A stretch of DNA of 6,283 nt from an uncultured archaeon (GCA_964648855.1 CAZYLT010000048.1:1-6283); one strand, 5' to 3'. Shown: positions 1-6,264, counted from the stretch's first letter. Numbers and translations are program-made. Notes: generated by a model from the letters alone, not told the origin.

Positions 1-826
1 TAAGGGTCAGACCGTAGCTATGATACCAAGGAAGTGCTCCAACGAATACCTCCTCGCCATAGATAATCTTCTTAGGTGCGTCAATGTCTTCAGGTGACAG
101 ATTCACCCACTCGTTGATTTGAAGCACATTTGCTATGAGATTCCTGTGCCGAAGTGCAGCTCCTTTAGGTGTTCCAGTAGTGCCTCCCGTATAGAGAATT
201 AGTGCTAAAGCATCGGAATCGACTTCAACATCCGGTGCCTCTGCTTCATACTCATCCATGATATCATCATAGAAGTAGGTGATATCCTCTTTGTAGTACG
301 GGCTCTTTGGAATCTTTCCTATTAGCCCGCCAATGATTGCCTTAATCTTTGGTAGAAATCTCCTTACACCACATACTATTACAGTATCTACATCTGTACC
401 TTCAATAGCCTCGTAACAAGTGGGAGTGAACTTAGGATGGTCCATTACAAATACTACAGTTGCTCCTGTGTCATTCAGTTGGTAGTTCAGTTCACGTGAC
501 TTATACATGGGATTACAGGTGACCACAGTTGCTCCGCTCTTTAGTGAGCCAAAAAATACGGGAGGAAAATGAGGAAGATTGGGTAGAAATAATGCTACCT
601 TATCATCTGGTCCTATCCCTTTACTAGCCAAGAAATTCGCAATTTTGTCAGCACTTGCTTTCACTTCCGAAAATGTATGAGAGATTCCTTCCCACACTGT
701 ATACGGTTTATTTCCACTTTCTTTCGCTGCTCTATCAAGCATCGCAAATAATGGCTCATCTGGATACTCCAACTCTTTTCGGGCATCCTCTGGCCATCGA
801 TGTTTATGCCATAGATATTCTTTCAT
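1..826 (-). CDS. Long-chain-fatty-acid--CoA ligase / acyl-CoA synthetase (AMP-binding, FadD-like); 3' end truncated by the window edge
   Basis: Manual translation from ATG at 826 stays open to the left edge (275 codons): MKEYLWHKHRWPEDARKELEYPDEPLFAMLD...GIGPDDKVALFLPNLPHF...GATVVTCNPMYKSRELNYQLNDTGA...LILYTGGTTGTPKGAALRHRNLIAN...GALPWYHSYGLTL. It has the ANL-superfamily P-loop YTGGTTGxPKG and the LPxxHxxG motif. SD-like AAGGTGTGGA lies upstream. Absent from the ORF track, presumably because it has no stop in the window. Confidence 0.93.
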   Translation of the reverse strand, partial: MKEYLWHKHRWPEDARKELEYPDEPLFAMLDRAAKESGNKPYTVWEGISHTFSEVKASADKIANFLASKGIGPDDKVALFLPNLPHFPPVFFGSLKSGATVVTCNPMYKSRELNYQLNDTGATVVFVMDHPKFTPTCYEAIEGTDVDTVIVCGVRRFLPKIKAIIGGLIGKIPKSPYYKEDITYFYDDIMDEYEAEAPDVEVDSDALALILYTGGTTGTPKGAALRHRNLIANVLQINEWVNLSPEDIDAPKKIIYGEEVFVGALPWYHSYGLTL

Positions 827-849
827 GTTCTATCCACACCTTATCTCCT

Positions 850-981
850 TCTTATCTCGATTCTTGCGTCGAGATATCATTGCTGCATATATGCGGCATA
901 GCAAATATGTCCTTCTACTAGCTGTGAGTTGCCTGTTATTGGCACTATGACTGCATATTCTATCCTACGCAAGAAATAAGA
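850..981. repeat. Long imperfect inverted repeat spanning the divergent intergenic region
   Basis: Nested complementary blocks: TCTTAT(850-855)/ATAAGA(976-981), TTCTTGCGT(861-869)/ACGCAAGAA(967-975), GATA(873-876)/TATC(961-964), TGC(881-883)/GCA(953-955), CATA(886-889)/TATG(946-949), TGC(892-894)/GCA(942-944), ATAGCA(898-903)/TGTTAT(934-939, one G-U). Confidence 0.55.
881..898. promoter_or_regulatory. 18-bp near-perfect palindrome TGCTGCATATATGCGGCA centred on a TATA-like ATATAT; candidate operator or bidirectional promoter
   Basis: 8 of 9 arm positions are complementary. It lies between the divergent ligase and dehydratase genes. The function is inferred. Confidence 0.45.
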
Positions 982-1034
982 CGGGAAAAACCCTGTGGAT
1001 TTTGATGTCCAAATATTGTTAACAGACTAGGAGA

Positions 1035-2234
1035 TTGTTCTTGTTGAGCCATGGTGAGGTAATAGAGTACTCTGCACAATTAGTGCGTTCGCAAAAAAGC
1101 TCTGAAGAAGATATTATGGGATATATCTACCCGCACTGTCCTGTAGAGATTCTTACTGCGCACGGACTTACCCCTTCTCTTCTCAAGGCTGACCCGGAAA
1201 TAAAGGGGGGCTTTGAGTCCAGCCTCCAGACCTTTGCTTGTTCATTGACGAGGAACATCTTCTCACAACGTCTGAATGACACACTTCCTCCTCTGGCTGG
1301 TATCCTTTTTCCTGGAAATACATGTGACACACTTCAGAATGTCGCTGATGTATGGCGAAAGCGGTTTCCCGAAGACAAGGTGTTTCGGCTCACTTATCCA
1401 GCTATCGTTGAAAACAAAGCAGCAAATGAGTTTCTTAGCAACGAAATCAGGCTGCTAAGTGGTTTGTTGGAGGTGCGATATGGAAGAGAAATGTCGAACA
1501 CAAAACTGTCAGATGCCATCTCTCTGTGGAATGAATTCAGAGACATGACACAATTTGCTTATGCGGCAAGGGTTTTGAACCCAGCCGTTGTGTCTTACAG
1601 ATCTCTCTCAAAAAGAGCACGAAATTTCTTAAGTCATCCATCACTTCGCAATTTGAACCCCCTGCAAACACTAGTCATGAACATCGAAGGCGAGATGGAT
1701 ATGGAGTCTGTGAAGCGCCTTCAGAGGGGACTACTGAAAGAGAACCTATCAGGACTAGACCTCAAATTTGAAGGGTCTGGAACTAGACTACTAGTTGCAG
1801 GTGGGATGGCGGAACCCTCTGCAATATCCGAGCTTTTCAATCCTCCCCAGAAGTTCCAAGACACCGACATTGTGCTAGATATGCTGAGTTATGGATTCAA
1901 GACCATCTTCACTCCTCACGTCCACAAGAAAGATGTATTTGGTTCAACAGCAAAATCAATACTTCATTCGCCTTTGGAACCCACACAAGAAGGGCTAACT
2001 CGAAGAATGAACATACTGAAAGAATATCTTTTGAAACTAGGAATTGATGGCTTTGTGGTCTGCGAACAATCATTTTGTGATCCCGATCAATTTGAAGCAC
2101 CATCAATGATTCGGGTTGCCAAGGAACTAAGTATTCCTGTGACGAGATTGCCTCTCGATCCCGAGTTATCGGACATATCTCGTATTGAAGGACGACTACA
2201 AACATTTGTTGAGAGTATCCAAGGAGAGATGTGA
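1035..2234 (+). CDS. 2-hydroxyacyl-CoA dehydratase / benzoyl-CoA reductase family, beta-type subunit (HadC/HgdB/FldC-like)
   Basis: GYIYPHCPVEIL N-terminal motif; three [4Fe-4S]-ligand motifs FACS, TCDT and FCDP; C-terminal RIEGRLQTFVE. The start is probably TTG at 1041 or 1044 (AGGAGA at 1029-1034) rather than 1035. The first in-frame ATG is at 1116. Confidence 0.9.
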   Translation: MFLLSHGEVIEYSAQLVRSQKSSEEDIMGYIYPHCPVEILTAHGLTPSLLKADPEIKGGFESSLQTFACSLTRNIFSQRLNDTLPPLAGILFPGNTCDTLQNVADVWRKRFPEDKVFRLTYPAIVENKAANEFLSNEIRLLSGLLEVRYGREMSNTKLSDAISLWNEFRDMTQFAYAARVLNPAVVSYRSLSKRARNFLSHPSLRNLNPLQTLVMNIEGEMDMESVKRLQRGLLKENLSGLDLKFEGSGTRLLVAGGMAEPSAISELFNPPQKFQDTDIVLDMLSYGFKTIFTPHVHKKDVFGSTAKSILHSPLEPTQEGLTRRMNILKEYLLKLGIDGFVVCEQSFCDPDQFEAPSMIRVAKELSIPVTRLPLDPELSDISRIEGRLQTFVESIQGEM

Positions 2235-2239
2235 CGCAA

Positions 2240-3457
2240 ATGGCCGATAATAAAGATAAGAACAAGGCATACCGTCGTCTTGAAACTAGCCATCTGCTGC
2301 AACAGGTCATGTTTAGATATGTGTTAGAAGGGCATGCAGCCAGTGAAGAGGGAACCCTTGCATATGTCACTTCTGGCTTTCCTGTGGAGATTCCTGTGGC
2401 AATGGGTATAACCCCCACCTATCCAGAACAATATGGTGCTGTTGTGGGGTCTCAAAAGGTAGGTCCCCGGGTTTGTGGATTTGCAGAGGAGATGGGGTAC
2501 TCACCGGAATTGTGCTCTTATGCACGCTCAGGAATTGGCTCCGTCAAAAGGCCGGAAGAAAGCCCCATGGAGGGTCTTCCGCAACCTCAGGCTCTTCTTT
2601 CGTGTAATAATATCTGTGGAACTGTCTTGAGATGGTATGACGCAGTTTCCGAGATTACAGGTGCACCCGTGTTCCTACTAGACACCCCTCCCTTGGAGGG
2701 AGACCAACTCCCTCACCATCGAGAATATGTCAAGAAAGGCCTTGATGAACTAGTTGCCTTTCTCTCAGAAACCTACAAGACAAATCTTGAAGAAGTGAAG
2801 CTTCGAGAAGTAGCAGCTCTCTCTTCAAAGGCAATCGCTCTTTGGACACAAAGCCTTGAGGCATGCAAGGCCACTCCTAGTCCTCTAAATTGTGCCGATA
2901 GATTTCTAACAATGGCACCGGTTGTGTCTATGCGTGGTACAGAACATATTATTGCATTCTATGAGAAACTACTGGAAGAAGTAAAGACGAGAGTATCCAA
3001 TAAGATTGGAGCTATCCGTGATGAGAAAATCCGCCTTCTCTGGGATAATATCCCACCTTGGTTCCAAATATTCAAATTCTTCAATGGACTCGCAAAGAGA
3101 GGAGTCGTTTTTCCAGCTGATACCTACACTCACGCTTGGTCGGGCTCTATCGGGGGCGTAGACTTGTTTGATAGCATCGTAGATATCTATAGCAATGTAT
3201 ACCTCAACAAGGGACTGGACGCAAAGGTCGAGAAAATGTGTGAATTGATAGACGATTATGACCTTGATGGATTCATCATGTTTTCAGTTAGATCCTGTAA
3301 GAGATATTCTATTGGTCAGCTTGTTTCAAAGGAAATAGTCACTGAACGAACTGGAGTACCTGGAGTTGTTATTGAGGGTGATATGGTTGATAGTAGACTA
3401 TTCAATGACGCTCAAATACAGACTCGCGTTGATGCACTACTTGAAATGTTCATATGA
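2240..3457 (+). CDS. 2-hydroxyacyl-CoA dehydratase family, alpha (catalytic-type) subunit (HadB/HgdA/FldB-like)
   Basis: GFPVEI...YPEQ (retains the Glu of the YPEN motif), GYSPELCSYAR, LLSCNNIC...WY, RSCK, IEGDMVDSR...QTRVDALLE. ATG 2240, preceded by GGAGAGATGTGA, is preferred over the overlapping GTG at 2231. Confidence 0.92.
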   Translation: MADNKDKNKAYRRLETSHLLQQVMFRYVLEGHAASEEGTLAYVTSGFPVEIPVAMGITPTYPEQYGAVVGSQKVGPRVCGFAEEMGYSPELCSYARSGIGSVKRPEESPMEGLPQPQALLSCNNICGTVLRWYDAVSEITGAPVFLLDTPPLEGDQLPHHREYVKKGLDELVAFLSETYKTNLEEVKLREVAALSSKAIALWTQSLEACKATPSPLNCADRFLTMAPVVSMRGTEHIIAFYEKLLEEVKTRVSNKIGAIRDEKIRLLWDNIPPWFQIFKFFNGLAKRGVVFPADTYTHAWSGSIGGVDLFDSIVDIYSNVYLNKGLDAKVEKMCELIDDYDLDGFIMFSVRSCKRYSIGQLVSKEIVTERTGVPGVVIEGDMVDSRLFNDAQIQTRVDALLEMFI

Positions 3458-4255
3458 GTGGATGGAATGGTTGAAGATCAAGACGTCGCCATAGGAATCG
3501 ATGTGGGTTCAACCACAACCAAGGGGGTCATGTTAAATGGAAAATCTACTATCATTGCCTCCCATCTTCTTCCAACTGGTGCCTCTGCATTGTCATCTGC
3601 TCTAAAATGCTTATCCGAATTGTCTTCAGAATCCGGTCTTTCCACGAATGATTCCACAATTGTCAGTACAGGTTATGGACGGTCACTTGTTGACTTTGCT
3701 GGCAGACAAATCACCGAGATAACATGTCATAGCGTAGGCGTGCATCACCTCAATCCGGAGATTCGTCTATTGATTGATGTTGGAGGACAGGACTCTAAGG
3801 TGATTCGCATTGGCACGGATGGTAAACCCACAGACTTCGAACTAAATGACAAATGCAGTGCCGGAACTGGTCGTTTCCTAGAAGTCATGGCAAGAGTTCT
3901 AGAGGTATCGATTGATGAGCTGGGGCCTCTGGCATTGAAATCAGACTCCCCCTCCAGAATAAGTAGCACATGTACCGTATTTGCAGAGAGCGAAGTAATA
4001 GGTCACATTGGCGATGGAGCCACTCCAGAGGATATAGCCGCTGGGGTACATCAATCAATGGCATCCAAAATTAGTACCTTATCACGACGTGTGGGTATCG
4101 CTCCACCAATTGGCTTGACTGGCGGTGTGGCTCTAAATCCAGCATTTCGACATTATTTGGGCAAACATATAGACGCTGACTTATGGTGCCCTGAGAATCC
4201 ACAATACACTGGAGCTATAGGTGCAGCACTTCTGGCAAGTAGAAGTCTGTCATGA
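3458..4255 (+). CDS. CoA-substrate-specific enzyme activase (ASKHA ATPase, [4Fe-4S] archerase; HadI/HgdC/BcrAD family)
   Basis: GIDVGSTTTK, STGYGR, EITCH, IDVGGQDSK, NDKCSAGTGRFLE, STCTVFAESE, TGGVA, GAIGAAL. Single domain with both cluster cysteines. It starts immediately after the previous stop (GTG 3458, or ATG 3467). Confidence 0.96.
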   Translation: MDGMVEDQDVAIGIDVGSTTTKGVMLNGKSTIIASHLLPTGASALSSALKCLSELSSESGLSTNDSTIVSTGYGRSLVDFAGRQITEITCHSVGVHHLNPEIRLLIDVGGQDSKVIRIGTDGKPTDFELNDKCSAGTGRFLEVMARVLEVSIDELGPLALKSDSPSRISSTCTVFAESEVIGHIGDGATPEDIAAGVHQSMASKISTLSRRVGIAPPIGLTGGVALNPAFRHYLGKHIDADLWCPENPQYTGAIGAALLASRSLS

Positions 4256-4265
4256 AACCTGCCAG

Positions 4266-4826
4266 TTAGGTCATTGTTTCCGGTTTTGCCCTTTTGCCTG
4301 CTTCAATGCCCAGTTCCAAGGCTTTCAGATTAGTTTTGACAAATCTCGGCCAGCGTTCCTCTATTTGTTGTCTAAGACCATCTTCTGTCACAAGCCCAGT
4401 GATGGACGCCAGCGCTCCCAGCATTACGACATTGGTAGACAATTTGCTGCCCACTTCTTCATCTGCAATTCTTGTGGCTGGGATTCTGAAGACTTTAATT
4501 CCCTTGGGAAGATCTCCTTCTATATCTACCAAGTCTTGGTCAATAATGAGTGTACCATCTTCCTTCAGCCCATCGATATATTCTAAGTAGGCGGCCCGGC
4601 TCATTGCAATGAAAACATCGGGTTCCTGCACTTTTGGATAGTCTACCTCTTCATCATCAATGACTATCTCGCTCTTACTTGCTCCCCCTCTTGCCTCTGG
4701 ACCATAACTCTGCGTCTGTACGCATTCCTTTTTCTCGACCAAGGAAAGAGTTTCTCCAAGGACGACCGCCATTGTGACGATTCCTTGCCCTCCAAAACCC
4801 CCAATTCTAATCTCGTACCTTGCCAT
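4266..4826 (-). CDS. 2-oxoacid:ferredoxin oxidoreductase gamma subunit (KorC/PorG-like)
   Basis: EIRIGGFGGQG, QTQSYGPEARGGASKSE, YPKV, IPAT, NVVMLGAL, NLKALELG. SD AGGAGTGA overlaps the stop of the upstream beta gene. Confidence 0.95.
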   Translation of the reverse strand: MARYEIRIGGFGGQGIVTMAVVLGETLSLVEKKECVQTQSYGPEARGGASKSEIVIDDEEVDYPKVQEPDVFIAMSRAAYLEYIDGLKEDGTLIIDQDLVDIEGDLPKGIKVFRIPATRIADEEVGSKLSTNVVMLGALASITGLVTEDGLRQQIEERWPRFVKTNLKALELGIEAGKRAKPETMT

Positions 4827-4832
4827 GCGCGT

Positions 4833-5687
4833 TCACTCCTGGGCTTTCTTGTGAGCTTCTCTCAAGACCTCTGTGTACTCGGGTTTTTCGACATTTACAA
4901 ACTCGCCACAGATGATTTTGCTATCATAATGTAGTTCTGCCTCGTGTGGTGGAAGCCCGTTTTGAATCTCGGCAACTTCTAGTAGATGCTGATGCATTTG
5001 TACACCTGCTCCAAGCCGATTCATTCTTCCATAAGCGGTTGGACAAGCTCCTACAATTTCAATGAAAGAGAAGCCTTCTTTGGCAATTCCCTTCTCAATC
5101 GATTTGGTGGCTCTTCTTGCCTGCACCGCAGTCCAGCGAGATACATACGTCGCTCCAGATGATGCTGCTAGTTTCACTAGGTTGAATGGATGCTCGATGT
5201 TTCCAATCGGTCGTGGAGAGGTCTGTGAATATCGTTCGTGCTCAGTTGTAGGACCAAACTGACCGCCGGTCATGCCATAATTGAAGTTGTTTACACACAC
5301 TACTGTCATGTCGATATTGCGTCTGCAGGCGTGGATGAGGTGGTTTCCTCCGATAGCGGCGATATCTCCATCACCTGAAACGACAATCACTTCAAGTTCG
5401 GGGTTGGCAATCTTGACACCTTCTGCAAAAGCAATGCCTCTTCCATGAGTGGTATGAAAGGTACCAGTTTTGAAGTACCCAGAAGTCCGTCCTGTACATC
5501 CAATTCCTGAAACAATAACGACCTTATTCCAGTCAAGTCCAAGACTATCAACAGCACGGGCAATCATCTGAGTAACAATGCCTATTGAACAACCGGGACA
5601 GTAAATCCAAGGTTGACGGTCCTCCCTGATGTACTTGGCCATGGGATGCTGCAGGGTGCTTTGTGTTGTAGTTGCCAGTGGTACCAC
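4833..5687 (-). CDS. korB: 2-oxoacid:ferredoxin oxidoreductase beta (TPP-binding) subunit (KorB-like)
   Basis: HPxxKYxRxxRxPxIxCPGC, SGIGC, HTTHGR, the GDGD...GGNH...NN TPP motif, YGMTGGQxxPT, FIEIVGACPT. The start is uncertain (GTG 5687, CTG 5678 or ATG 5642). Substrate specificity is not established. Confidence 0.93.
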   Translation of the reverse strand: MVPLATTTQSTLQHPMAKYIREDRQPWIYCPGCSIGIVTQMIARAVDSLGLDWNKVVIVSGIGCTGRTSGYFKTGTFHTTHGRGIAFAEGVKIANPELEVIVVSGDGDIAAIGGNHLIHACRRNIDMTVVCVNNFNYGMTGGQFGPTTEHERYSQTSPRPIGNIEHPFNLVKLAASSGATYVSRWTAVQARRATKSIEKGIAKEGFSFIEIVGACPTAYGRMNRLGAGVQMHQHLLEVAEIQNGLPPHEAELHYDSKIICGEFVNVEKPEYTEVLREAHKKAQE

Positions 5688-5708
5688 CGATTGGAGAAAA
5701 GGCAGTTA

Positions 5709-5726
5709 TGATAAAAGAGTTGTTGT
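5709..5726 (-). promoter_or_regulatory. Candidate archaeal promoter (TATA-like TTTTAT at 5716-5711) for the OFOR beta-gamma pair
   Basis: The minus strand reads ACAACAACTC-TTTTAT-CA, about 24 nt upstream of GTG 5687, which is typical archaeal TATA-to-TSS spacing. Confidence 0.45.
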
Positions 5727-5777
5727 AAGCGACATGGACACAATCCATCTTGACAGGTGAAAATCGTCGATTCTCTA

Positions 5778-6005
5778 TTATTCATTTGCAGGGTTCAGCT
5801 TTCTCCTCTCTAACACTATTGCCAGCACTCCTCCAGCTACTAATATTAAGAATGTAAATATGCCTACTGCTACTGTAGAACCTGTTGTCCACCACGGATA
5901 GTCAGCCGCAACCTGCTCCTGAACAATCCAATAAGAGATGATTAATGGAAGGATCGACGATATCATGACCAAGATTCCTATCAGAGTCTGTCTTGTGATT
6001 TTCAT
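5778..6005 (-). CDS. Small hypothetical membrane protein with two predicted TM helices
   Basis: 75 aa, ATG start, tandem TAA TAG stops. Hydrophobic segments LIGILVMISSILPLIISYWIV and VAVGIFTFLILVAGGVLAIVL are flanked by basic residues (MKITR; ERRK), matching the positive-inside rule. Confidence 0.8.
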   Translation of the reverse strand: MKITRQTLIGILVMISSILPLIISYWIVQEQVAADYPWWTTGSTVAVGIFTFLILVAGGVLAIVLERRKLNPANE

Positions 6006-6059
6006 GGAGAAATCCGCCTACCATCAACTATGTCATACCTATTGATTAGGGCATTGGAT

Positions 6060-6097
6060 AAGAAAAAAAGAAGGAAGGGGGTAAATCCTTCCTTCCC
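6060..6097 (-). terminator. Intrinsic-type terminator (9-bp stem plus U7 tract) on the minus strand
   Basis: The minus strand reads GAAGGAAGG-ATTTACCC-CCTTCCTTC-TTTTTTT. Stem arms are 6095-6087 and 6078-6070; the T tract is 6069-6063. Confidence 0.7.
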
Positions 6098-6119
6098 TGA
6101 TTCTACTATTGCCGCATGA

Positions 6120-6129
6120 GAATATATTC
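6120..6129. promoter_or_regulatory. Palindromic TATA-like element GAATATATTC
   Basis: Perfect 10-bp palindrome 20-30 nt upstream of the plus-strand structured segment starting near 6148-6156. Confidence 0.35.
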
Positions 6130-6147
6130 GCCAATTAGAATGACCAT

Positions 6148-6264
6148 GGACAAAGCCCCTGCTAACTCAGTGGCCCTTGGGTACACTGAGGGCGGTGACG
6201 CTGGCAGGGGACGGGTGGAACACAGAAGTTTCAGACACGTTGAGGTCACTCAATCCGTCAGAAA
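6148..6264 (+). ncRNA. Candidate structured RNA of unassigned family (three-way junction plus further hairpins)
   Basis: P1 6156-6164/6202-6210; P2 6166-6175/6180-6190 with a CUUG loop and bulged A6183; P3 GCG-GUGA-CGC at 6192-6201; hairpin TTGAG-GTCA-CTCAA at 6240-6253. 44 of 66 bases in 6155-6220 are G/C, well above the AT-rich flanks. Confidence 0.5.

Noticed and set aside
655-921. 88-aa plus-strand ORF in the track
   Set aside because: Antisense to the clear acyl-CoA ligase and runs into its promoter region; no protein-like motifs.
1035-4255. Definite call as benzoyl-CoA reductase (bcr/bzd) or as hadIBC
   Set aside because: There is only one activator gene and no ring-degradation or CoA-transferase gene in the window. 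Motifs identify the family but not the substrate, so no gene symbols were assigned.
1127-5785. Short overlapping ORFs (1127-1330, 1276-1458, 1909-2418, 2087-2302, 3745-3969, 4221-4586, 4294-4590, 5062-5262, 5548-5748, 5582-5785)
   Set aside because: Shadow or alternate frames of well-supported genes, with no recognisable motifs.
891-6117. 8-mers shared by the two intergenic regions (TTCTACTA at 913 and 6101; TGCCGCAT at 6110 and reverse-complemented at 891)
   Set aside because: About 1-2 such matches are expected by chance between ~210-bp and ~280-bp regions on both strands.
6155-6215. tRNA-like start GCCCCTG-CTAACTCAGTGG
   Set aside because: No T-loop GTTCRA, no anticodon arm of proper geometry and no cloverleaf.
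6103-6250. Short minus-strand stop-free frame ending ...GEYILMRQ TAG TAG just before the terminator, with an in-frame TGA upstream (selenocysteine read-through considered)
   Set aside because: Composition is not protein-like, there is no Sec-type motif, and I see no convincing SECIS core.
6225-6262. Hammerhead- or SECIS-like CTGACGG...GAAAC on the minus strand
   Set aside because: The core is CUGACGG rather than CUGANGA or RUGA, and the required flanking stems cannot be built.
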